64,000 nt of DNA from Bacteroidales bacterium UBA1176 (GTDB taxonomy: Bacteria; Bacteroidota; Bacteroidia; Bacteroidales; WCHB1-69), in the NCBI GenBank assembly GCA_002311645.1, contig DBYW01000011.1, forward strand, positions 10,739-74,738. The letters run 5' to 3'. Below are positions 29,401 through 36,516 of this stretch, one piece after another. The position numbers and the translations under genes are program-made. Every line of letters starts with the position of its first letter. The first letter of the stretch is position 1. The notes under the pieces were generated by a model. That model worked only from the letters and a program-made list of their open reading frames with translations. It did not search any database and was not told the origin of the DNA.

Positions 29401-30388
29401 AGGCCAACCTGGAATAGGGCAAGTAACAGTAACCGTTGTCACCAAAGCTCTCCCCGTAGGTGTTGCAGATGATGACGGCGCCGATTTCCCAGTCACGAAG
29501 GTCCACAATGCCATCCCCCGTGATATCTATGTTGTTGGTGTACTGGCCGTCATTGTTGTAATCCCAGCGGACATCGTCGTTGTATCCGACAATGGTCATA
29601 GAATGGTTTACGGTTGAACCGAAATAACTCATTATGTGCTTTCCGGCGTCGGGGTTGCCTTGCGGGATAACAGACAGGAAGTTGTTGCCGCGGTAGGTGC
29701 AGTAGAAATTGGCCAACCCGCCGCTGCTTTCCCCGGCCAGATGGTCGTTCAGCCAATGCTTGAGCGTCAACAGACCCTCCTCGTCGTCAATGGGGATGGC
29801 ATACATCTCTGAAATGCGGTTCTTCATTGCGCTGTGATAGGTCTCATAGCCGCTGACCCAACGTCCTGCCCCTCCAGTACTGTACCATCCGCCCCATTCC
29901 GTCACATTGGGTGTGCCCGCCGTACGGATGACCTCCCAAGAATCCAGGAAACTTACACCTTCGTTGGTTCCTTTGTTGCAGAAGTTCCAGGCGAAATGGG
30001 AAGGGTATGCGTAGTTGTGTCCTCCGATGGCATACGGATCTCCACGTTTGCGCATAAGCTCATAACTCAAGGTGTAGCAAATGGTGCTGGCTTGCCCGCA
30101 CTCCAGTGCACTTTGATAGAAGACGGGAATCATCCACGGTTGTAGGCTGTTGTTCACTGAAGAGGGTAATGGTATGTTTCGTTCTGCTTCCGACAATTTT
30201 AGCTGTGATATATTGGAAAATGCCGGGTTGTTGAGCTCCAAGACGGGCATTTGGGCATACAGACTGTCCAAATGTGCTGCCTGTGCGGACATCGCTTCGT
30301 GCTCGGGCACATCTTGCGCACGAAGTCCTCCAATATGGGTCGCCCATATCAAGAACAGGATTGCCGGTATCAGAATGCACTTTTTCAT
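26390..30388 (-). CDS. Giant T9SS cargo: N-terminal papain-like (C1-like) cysteine peptidase domain, repeated adhesin-like modules and a type-A CTD
   Basis: 1332 aa. YQSALECGQAS is the candidate Gln/Cys. VNHSMTIVGYNDD carries the His. CNTYGESFGDNGYCYLPY parallels papain NSWGxxWGxxGY. The CTD is KVYPNPTSGRIFVQ...VTDLYGRTV...PSGIYLLKI. Confidence 0.75.
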   Translation of the reverse strand: MKKCILIPAILFLIWATHIGGLRAQDVPEHEAMSAQAAHLDSLYAQMPVLELNNPAFSNISQLKLSEAERNIPLPSSVNNSLQPWMIPVFYQSALECGQASTICYTLSYELMRKRGDPYAIGGHNYAYPSHFAWNFCNKGTNEGVSFLDSWEVIRTAGTPNVTEWGGWYSTGGAGRWVSGYETYHSAMKNRISEMYAIPIDDEEGLLTLKHWLNDHLAGESSGGLANFYCTYRGNNFLSVIPQGNPDAGKHIMSYFGSTVNHSMTIVGYNDDVRWDYNNDGQYTNNIDITGDGIVDLRDWEIGAVIICNTYGESFGDNGYCYLPYSRLASLPAEGGIWNKCVYVVQVRDEVFPQITFKATITHPCREMLKLTAGIANDTNATRPTNTLEFNVFNRQGGCQYMQGGNSTESNKTLELGLDVSPLLNFVEPGQPCKFFLIASSFSDMYHTSEGVVQNFSLMDYTSGTPVEQACPSTHVALMPGDTLWLSVVRAINFSKPVIQNTLLPDMEVDSNYQQTLHATGGKPPYHWELNRRYKIEETNVPFPTESGQDVPLSNVNNGYAIVELPFTFTYYGDEYDKIVVYADGYIAFHHQSGDWPFLSTINSQATTMQDMAIRSICPFKSDLTNCSVRKIVASDNLTLVFHANINGNVQTVNFAVRLHSTGSIEFLYGSMNFMGNSFWSALVRGDNQLIQHTSASGHFASDINHRSYRFTPSTLPEGLTLSSDGILSGTVDYTFEDTTFAVTCYDNNNVQATQDIRLSSRAVSRVLVSDIIVNDKSDPYIYAGDTLFFDISLLNADTIPYHNSTILVRSDDPFVTFLDSTETLGDILPNEPRVFSHCAACIVHRNIPDNYPIPFSVHLNNHISSANISRTYTAHRYDISLLQHAFLSANDIIPHPDETDTLVFTLQNNKAPIYDVDIYLHTPQTDVNLSASHWHFDTITYLPFSISSLLDLSSAFVDGTTFNVHLDIYVKGMFLETKTITLTSEKFCFDFENGLISAPFHGDGIHSNWILDSIDYYATYVHHCSTRLCSGPLNDFDTATLQMDVHILQSAQLSFYLWKTLFINNDYCYIYIDDILQSTWTRSSWGDSIKVQFTIPAGDHTITWNVVKGNFGIVNEVNHRVWIDNVCLTEFNDADFDLDIQPDSIEVSLGVHTSTTDSALVTLESPFDGIVLFNNVMEDDDGQTPTWVTCAPGNDFIDANGQRQVVLYFNSYGCAEEDHHATLRIRHTGGEQLVPVTMHVSSVGIPTVEQSRELKVYPNPTSGRIFVQHENALIERVTVTDLYGRTVATVPVNDYQTNIDLSRLPSGIYLLKIGMEGGNAITTKVIKSLKY

Positions 30389-30448
30389 AAGGAATGGAAA
30401 TTAGGGGTTACTTCCAAAAGATGCATTTTTTTGCGTTTTGTTACATCT

Positions 30449-33400
30449 TTACTCTTTTATGATTTTGTGCATTATGTGGTTGCCGTCCACCTGTTCTATG
30501 CGTAGCAGATATAGTCCATTGGGCAGCGAGGATAGATCTAAAGTGCCTGTATAGTCGTTTACAGGAATAATTGCCACCGTGCGGCCGTAAAGGTCCGTAA
30601 CAATCACTCTCTCGATAAGGGCGCTTTCGTTTTGTACAAAAACTCTGCCGTTTGTGGGGTTGGGATAGACTCTGACGTTGGCGGGGAATTCCACGGTCGG
30701 GATGCCCACGCTGCTGACGTGCATCGTGACAGTGACCAGCTGCTCGCCGCCCGTGTGGCGGATGCGCAGCGTGGCGTGATGGTCATTCTCCGCGCAGCCG
30801 TAGCTGTTGAAGTAAAGGACGATCTGCCGTTGCCCGTTGGCGTCAATGTAGTCGTTGCCCGGTGCACAGGTGACCCAGATCGGCGTGTGCCCGTCTTCAT
30901 CTTCCAACACATTGTTGAACAAGACGATGCCGCCGAAGGGACTCTCCAAGGTGACGAGCGCGCTGTCGTTTATATGAGCGGAAACGCCCATCGTGATCTC
31001 CACGGTTTCGGGATGAACGTCCAGCTCAAGGGTTGGGTCGTCGAACTCCGCAAAACAGATGTCGTCAATCCACACACAGTCGCTATTGCTGTTGGTGCTG
31101 TAGTCCTTGATGTATTTCCAGGAGGCGACGTGCTCTCCCGGGGCCACGGGATAGTGCACTTGGGTCCACGCGTGTTCACCTGCCCAGCGCCCCTGCTGCA
31201 CACCGTCAATGTAGAAGTAGAGCCAGTCGTACTTGTTCTCCGTCGAGGTGCGGAAGGCGAACATCAGATGCTCGCCCTGCACAGAGTTGAAGGCGATTTG
31301 CACAGCGCTGGTGTCGTTGTGACTGATGGCGCCGCTGCGAAGACTGCCTATGCCCGAGTGCGCCTCCGTGAGGTCGATGACCCAGTCGGCCTGCGAGTTG
31401 CCGCCAGTGAACTGTGCCGGCACGTTTCCGTCCTCAAAGTCAAAGCAGACGGTTTCGCCGAGAATGGTGACGGTCTTGGTGTCCACCAACACGCCATGGA
31501 CGTAGATGTCCACGTAGACGTTGAAAGTGGTGCCGGGCACGTAGTTCGGAGTCACGTAGAGGATGGCCGGCAGTTCAAACGTCGCTTCTGCAGCGATGGC
31601 GTCGAAGTGCCTCGTCGCGACGGGAACCTCCACCTCTGGAAGAGAAGAGTGCAGGCGCAACTCCACGTCTTGGATCTCGCCCTTATTGTTGCGCAATGTT
31701 ACCAAGAGCGTGTCCAACTCGATGGGATGCAGCATGCCGGTGTTGTTGTCGTGGTTGAGGATGGCGTAGTGCAGAAGGGAGAAATCGTAGCTGTGGACGG
31801 CAAAAGCGCGCGTGGTGGTGACGGCGGCGATGTCGTTGGCGATCTCGATGGAGAAGGGAATTTCATGCCCGTCGGGAACGCCTCTTCGCACGACACACGT
31901 GACGCAGTTGTTGAGTGTGTACTCGTTGCTGGAACCGATATAGCCGAAATATTCGGTGCTGTCGATGAACGAGACGAATGGGTCTGTGCTGCGTATATGC
32001 AGGACGCCATTGGGATAGGCCATAGTGTCGGTGTTGAGGACGGAAATGGAGAACCGAATCGTGTCGCCCACAAAGAGATTGGGATTGTCGCTGCCGTTGA
32101 TTTTGAGGTCTGACATCAGAAGACGCGAGGTGTAGAGGCTGGAGATGTGAAATCGTTGGGTTGTCCCCACGTCGTTGTTGTCATAGCAGGTGAGCGAGAA
32201 GGTGGCGTCCTCGAATGCGCGTTCGGACTTGCCTGACAGGGTGCCGGAGGCGGAGAGTGTCAGGCAGTCGGGGAGGATGCTGGGCGTCATCGAGAAGCTG
32301 CGGTGCGCAATGTTGGCGGCAACCTGTCTTGAAACAGGCGTGTGCTGGATCACCTGCTGGTCGCCACGCAAGAGCGCTGACCAGAAATTGCTCCCGGAGA
32401 AAGTCATATCCCCATATTGGAACTCAATGACACCCGAAGCGTGCAATGTGACGGCAAAGTTCACTGACGAGGATGTCTGTCCCGATATCTTGGCAGAGAA
32501 CACCAAGGTGAGCATGTCGTTGCCTGCAATCTTGCGGACACTGCAGTTGGTCAGGTCGGCCTTGAAGGGGCAGATGGAGCGGATGGACATGGTCTGCATA
32601 TCCGAATGTTGCAGGAAGGGCCAGTTGGCGGGCTGGTGGTGGAAGGCGATGTAGCCGTCGGCGTAGACGACAATTTGGTCGTATTCGTCGCCATAGTAGG
32701 GGAACTCGAAAGGCAGGTTGACGATGGCGTAGCCGGTGCCGGTGTTGGAGAGGCTCACAGCTTGTCCCGATTCGGTGGGGTAGGATGAGTTGGTTTCCGA
32801 GATTTCGAACTGCCGGCTCACCTCCCAGCGGTAAGGGGGCTTGCCGCCGGTCGCGGTCAGCGTCTTGCTGTAGGGCACAAAGGCCTCCATATCCGGCAGC
32901 ACCGTGTCCTGGATCTCGGGTTTCGTGAAGTGGATGGCACGCACCACCGACAAGGTGGTCGTCGTGTTGTTGGCGATGGGCACGTTGCCGTTGGGACACA
33001 CCTGCTCATCCTCCACGCCCGAGGTGTAGTCCATCAAACTGAATCCTATAATCTGTCCGTCGCTCGCATTGTCAGGGTCGTCCTCAATTACGTTGAAGAA
33101 GAACTTGCAGGGTGCGTCCGGAGTGGCGTAGTTGAGCAGCGGACTCACGTCAAGTCCCAGTTCGATATCCTTGTTTGACTCGTCGGTGTTGTCGCCCAAC
33201 ATATAGAGGTCGCCGCCCTGGAAGTTGAAGACGCGGAACTCAAGGGTGTGTTCGGGCTGGGTGGCGTTGACGTTGTTGGCGATGCCGGCGGTGAGCTTGA
33301 TCTTGCCGCGCGACGAGTGGCGAATCATTGCCTTGTAGGTGATTTGCGGGAAGACCTCGTCCTTCACCTGCACCACATAGACGCACTTGTTCCAGATGCC

Positions 33401-34372
33401 GCCCTCTGCGGGCAGCGACGCTAACTTGCAGTAGGGCAGGTAGCAGTAGCCGTTGTCGCCAAAAGCATCGCCGAAGGTGTTGCAGAAGATGACGGCGCCG
33501 ATCTCCCAGTCCTTCATGTTCACCACGCCGTCGCCGTTGATGTCAATGTCGTTGGTATATTGCCCGTCGCCGTTGTAGTCCCAGCAGACGGCGTCGTTGT
33601 AGCCGACGATGGTCTGCGAGTGGTTGACGGTGGTGGTGAGGTTGACCACGATGTGCTTACCCGCCTCGGGCGCACCGGGAGGAATCACTGAAAGACCGGA
33701 GTTGCCGTAGTAGGTGCAGTAGTAGTTGGCCAGACCGCCGGAGCTCTCGCCCGCCAGGTGGTCGTAGAGCCAGTGCTTGAGCGTCAGCAGTCCCTCTTCG
33801 TCGTCCACGGGGATGGCGTACATCTCCGAGATGCGGTTCTTCATCGCGCTGTGGTAGGTCTCGTACCCGCTGATCCAGCGGCTGGCGCCCCCCGTACTGA
33901 ACCATCCGCCCCATTCGTTGACATTGGGCGTGCCGGCGGTACGGATTACCTCCCACGTCTCCATAAAGGCTACCCCGCGACTGCTACCACCGTTGCAGAA
34001 GTTCCAGGCGAAGTGCGAGGGGTAGTTGTAGATCATTCCCCATAAAGGGCTCACGTTGCGCCGCCGTGCCAACTCATACGCGAAATTATAGCAGATGCTG
34101 CTGGCCTGGCCGCACTCCAATGCCGCCTGGTAGAATATCGCGGGCATCCACATCCGCTCTGAGTTGTTTACGTAGGAGGGCAGCGGGATGTTGCGCTCGT
34201 CTTGCGACAATTTCAGCCTCGGAACGTTGCTGAACGCGGCCGCATCCAATGCCTCCATGGGGGGCATAGACGCATACAGGCTGTCGATGTCGTATGCTGT
34301 CTGGCCAGGCTGCGCGCCGGCAAGGGTCGCCAACAAGGCCAATATGATCAATAGAGCAGACCTCTTTCTCAT
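30449..34372 (-). CDS. Giant T9SS cargo, tandem paralog of 26390-30388 (papain-like peptidase, adhesin modules, type-A CTD)
   Basis: The true start is MRKRSALLIILALLATLAGAQ at 34372; the track extends to 34549 through non-coding promoter sequence. It has the same ECGQAS / VNHSQTIVGYND / CNTFGDAFGDNGYCYLPY motifs. The CTD is RVYPNPTNGRVFVQ...VTDLYGRTV...PNGLYLLRI. Confidence 0.75.
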   Translation of the reverse strand: MRKRSALLIILALLATLAGAQPGQTAYDIDSLYASMPPMEALDAAAFSNVPRLKLSQDERNIPLPSYVNNSERMWMPAIFYQAALECGQASSICYNFAYELARRRNVSPLWGMIYNYPSHFAWNFCNGGSSRGVAFMETWEVIRTAGTPNVNEWGGWFSTGGASRWISGYETYHSAMKNRISEMYAIPVDDEEGLLTLKHWLYDHLAGESSGGLANYYCTYYGNSGLSVIPPGAPEAGKHIVVNLTTTVNHSQTIVGYNDAVCWDYNGDGQYTNDIDINGDGVVNMKDWEIGAVIFCNTFGDAFGDNGYCYLPYCKLASLPAEGGIWNKCVYVVQVKDEVFPQITYKAMIRHSSRGKIKLTAGIANNVNATQPEHTLEFRVFNFQGGDLYMLGDNTDESNKDIELGLDVSPLLNYATPDAPCKFFFNVIEDDPDNASDGQIIGFSLMDYTSGVEDEQVCPNGNVPIANNTTTTLSVVRAIHFTKPEIQDTVLPDMEAFVPYSKTLTATGGKPPYRWEVSRQFEISETNSSYPTESGQAVSLSNTGTGYAIVNLPFEFPYYGDEYDQIVVYADGYIAFHHQPANWPFLQHSDMQTMSIRSICPFKADLTNCSVRKIAGNDMLTLVFSAKISGQTSSSVNFAVTLHASGVIEFQYGDMTFSGSNFWSALLRGDQQVIQHTPVSRQVAANIAHRSFSMTPSILPDCLTLSASGTLSGKSERAFEDATFSLTCYDNNDVGTTQRFHISSLYTSRLLMSDLKINGSDNPNLFVGDTIRFSISVLNTDTMAYPNGVLHIRSTDPFVSFIDSTEYFGYIGSSNEYTLNNCVTCVVRRGVPDGHEIPFSIEIANDIAAVTTTRAFAVHSYDFSLLHYAILNHDNNTGMLHPIELDTLLVTLRNNKGEIQDVELRLHSSLPEVEVPVATRHFDAIAAEATFELPAILYVTPNYVPGTTFNVYVDIYVHGVLVDTKTVTILGETVCFDFEDGNVPAQFTGGNSQADWVIDLTEAHSGIGSLRSGAISHNDTSAVQIAFNSVQGEHLMFAFRTSTENKYDWLYFYIDGVQQGRWAGEHAWTQVHYPVAPGEHVASWKYIKDYSTNSNSDCVWIDDICFAEFDDPTLELDVHPETVEITMGVSAHINDSALVTLESPFGGIVLFNNVLEDEDGHTPIWVTCAPGNDYIDANGQRQIVLYFNSYGCAENDHHATLRIRHTGGEQLVTVTMHVSSVGIPTVEFPANVRVYPNPTNGRVFVQNESALIERVIVTDLYGRTVAIIPVNDYTGTLDLSSLPNGLYLLRIEQVDGNHIMHKIIKE

Positions 34373-34398
34373 ATTTTTATACTTTACGAAACAAAGCC

Positions 34399-34442
34399 GC
34401 AAATGTACATAAATTTTAAATATGCACTGACATGATGTAATT
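34399..34442 (-). promoter_or_regulatory. Promoter-containing 44-nt repeat, copy A (drives the 30449-34372 gene)
   Basis: GCAAATGTACATAAATTTTAAATATGCACTGACATGATGTAATT. The minus strand carries the -7 box TACATTTG (34400-34407), 28 nt upstream of the start at 34372. It is nearly identical to copy B at 39416-39459. Confidence 0.55.
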
Positions 34443-34522
34443 GTTGTGATTTTCCCGCACACCGTCCCTTCCCAGGGGTTGCAGCGCTCGTTCCCTACCA
34501 ACCCTGGCAGACCTCTGGCCTG

Positions 34523-34610
34523 CCAACCACCAACAACCAAAGACCCCATAGTTCATAGCCATAGTTCAAAGTTCCAACGACCAACCACCAACGACCAACC
34601 ACCAACAACC
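34523..34610. repeat. Low-complexity CCAAC-word array with an embedded CCATAGTTCA duplication
   Basis: CCAACCACCAACAACCAAAG ... CCATAGTTCATAGCCATAGTTCAAAGTTCC ... AACGACCAACCACCAACGACCAACCACCAACAACC. Confidence 0.85.
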
Positions 34611-34630
34611 ATATTTTCTACCGAGCTCTT

Positions 34631-34966
34631 GCCCCTACCGGGGCCATGCGGCATCTTACAAATTGTCTCCCTTTCGCACCGGGGAGGCGCAATGCTTCGT
34701 GGCAAGTGACTCCCGCGGTGCGATGTGTGTCCACCGCGCATCCCAGCACCACACTTGCTACGCTTCGTGTGGTGTTACAAAAAGGAAGGCCTCTTCGAGG
34801 CCGATTCAATTACATTGTCATTTTCCATTCAGACGTGTTCCGAAGGAACACCCTTCTCTGTAACCCCACACGGCCGTGTGGGGTGGAACGACGGCACAGA
34901 AAACCTCTCGCGGCGCGGGAGTCGGCATCCAAGATGCATGAAACTTGCTCGCCGCGAAAGGGAGAC
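34631..34966. ncRNA. Candidate structured RNA (or an inverted-repeat-bounded DNA element); family unknown
   Basis: A perfect 13-bp long-range helix, GTCTCCCTTTCGC (34665-34677) with GCGAAAGGGAGAC (34954-34966). It encloses at least 6 perfect GC-rich hairpins of 5-8 bp, and a further hairpin (34631-34644) lies just outside it. No credible ORF is present. The strand is unresolved. Confidence 0.3.
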
Positions 34967-35020
34967 GTAGGAAAAATGTGTTGTTTATCCCGGCCTGGTG
35001 CCATCATGTATATAACCACC

Positions 35021-35147
35021 TTAATTTTTTAATTTCTTAATTATCAACGTCAAACACCAAACACCAAACACCAATAACCAATGTCCAATAACCAATGTCC
35101 AATAACCAATGTCCAACATCCAATGTCCAATATCCAACGGCCAATAA
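35021..35147. repeat. Low-complexity arrays: TTAATTTCTTAATT words, then CAAACAC x3, then a 14-nt tandem repeat CCAATAACCAATGT (about 3.5 copies)
   Basis: TCAAACACCAAACACCAAACACCAATAACCAATGTCCAATAACCAATGTCCAATAACCAATGTCCAACATCCAATGTCCAATATCCAACGGCCAATAAC. It abuts the MATE stop codon. Confidence 0.85.
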
Positions 35148-36473
35148 CTAAACAAATCTCTTGACGCCCAATTGCATCAGCAATCCTCTCAATACGAGGA
35201 ACAGCAGAAAAGCTATCCATAATCCATTGTTGCCCAATGTGTTGTGCAGGGCGTAGTAGGCAATGAAAAAGGCAGCGGTGGCCGCGAACATCACGTTGCG
35301 CATCGCCTTGGACGCCGTGGCTCCGATGTAGATGCCGTCGTAAATGAAGGCTGCAAATCCCGCAAAAGGTACCATCACCGTCCAGATGATGTACTCCATG
35401 GCCTTGTCAATGACTTCCACTTTGTCGGTGAGGATGCTGAGCAGACCACGTCCGCAGAGGGCATATAGCACGGTAAACACCGCCGCCAGTCCTGTCCCCC
35501 ATAAGAGCAGCAGGCGGATGACCCGGCGCAGGGATTGGTTGTCCTGTGCTCCCACATAGCGTCCCACTAAGGACTCACCGGCATAGGCGAAGCCGTCCAT
35601 GATGTACGACAGCAGTGTGAAAAGCTGCATCAGCAGTGTGTTGGCGGCTAACACCTCATCGCCCATCTCGGCGGAGATGTAGGGGATGAAGGTGAACACG
35701 GCGATGAGGCATAGCGTCCGCAGGAAAATGTCGGCATTGATCTTGAAGAATCGTACCATCTCGTTGATTTTCAGGCTTTCGCGAATGTTGATGTCATGGC
35801 GCATCTCCCCGTATTTGTAGAACCAGATGACTACGGCCATGGCGAGTCCCATGTATTGTGCGATTACGGTGCCCCACGCCACGCCTGCGATGCCGTAGTG
35901 CAGCACAAAGACAAACACCAGGCTGCCGACGATGTTGACGAGATTCAGGATGATGGCAATCCACATGGGGGCCTTGGCGTTCTGCATACCGATGAACCAT
36001 CCCTTGAGGGCATAGAGGCCCAATGTGGCAGGTGCTGCCCAAATGCGGATGTGGAAGTATATCATCGTCAGGTCAAGGGTCTCTTGGCTGGTGTGAATCC
36101 ATCGGCGGCAGAGGAGGTCGATGGGCTGCTGCAGTGCGATGAGCAGGACGGCTGCGCATAGTGCGATGGCCATGCCCCGCACCAAGATGCGCAGGCACTC
36201 CGCGCGGTCCTCCGCCCCATAGGCCTGTGCGGTCAGGCCGCTGGTGCCCATCCGCAGGAATCCGAAGTTCCAGTAGACAAGGTTGAAGACCATGGTGCCC
36301 AATGCAATGGCTGCGATGTGGCTGGCCTGGCCGATGTGTCCCACAATGGCAACGTCCACCATCCCCAATAGGGGCACGGTGATGTTGGTGATGATGCTCG
36401 GCACGGCAAGGCGTAAAATCTGCTTGTTCAAGGCTCTTGTTTTAAAACGGCAAAAGTACAAAAAACGCTCCAT
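35148..36473 (-). CDS. MATE family efflux transporter
   Basis: About 12 TM segments. N-terminal ILRLAVPSIITNITVPLLGMVDVAIVGHIG is typical of MATE (NorM/DinF). The start is probably MERFLY (36473). Confidence 0.9.
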   Translation of the reverse strand: MERFLYFCRFKTRALNKQILRLAVPSIITNITVPLLGMVDVAIVGHIGQASHIAAIALGTMVFNLVYWNFGFLRMGTSGLTAQAYGAEDRAECLRILVRGMAIALCAAVLLIALQQPIDLLCRRWIHTSQETLDLTMIYFHIRIWAAPATLGLYALKGWFIGMQNAKAPMWIAIILNLVNIVGSLVFVFVLHYGIAGVAWGTVIAQYMGLAMAVVIWFYKYGEMRHDINIRESLKINEMVRFFKINADIFLRTLCLIAVFTFIPYISAEMGDEVLAANTLLMQLFTLLSYIMDGFAYAGESLVGRYVGAQDNQSLRRVIRLLLLWGTGLAAVFTVLYALCGRGLLSILTDKVEVIDKAMEYIIWTVMVPFAGFAAFIYDGIYIGATASKAMRNVMFAATAAFFIAYYALHNTLGNNGLWIAFLLFLVLRGLLMQLGVKRFV

Positions 36474-36486
36474 ATCTATTTTTTTG

Positions 36487-36494
36487 TATCTTTG
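36487..36494 (+). promoter_or_regulatory. -7 promoter box for the yqgE/algH-like gene
   Basis: TATCTTTG lies 23 nt upstream of ATG 36517. Confidence 0.45.
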
Positions 36495-36516
36495 CGCTGC
36501 AAAAAAATGCATTTAA

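Noticed and set aside
34631-34966. The possibility that the structured element is RNase P RNA, tmRNA, 6S RNA, or a cobalamin, TPP or FMN riboswitch.
   Set aside because: - I found no GAGGAAAGTCC or ACAGAAnCCGGCTTA (RNase P).
- I found no GGGGCTGA 5' end, T-arm plus CCACCA end, or tag ORF (tmRNA).
- I found no GCCACTG B12 box and no CTGAGA (TPP).
- The fold is not a single long 6S-like hairpin.

Only a covariance-model search can settle this.
34646-35032. A 128-aa plus ORF and several overlapping 60-87-aa ORFs in the 34.45-35.03 kb gap.
   Set aside because: Their composition is Arg/Cys/Pro-rich and unlike real protein. There is no promoter or start context. They overlap each other in different frames and are fully explained by the palindromic hairpin-rich element.
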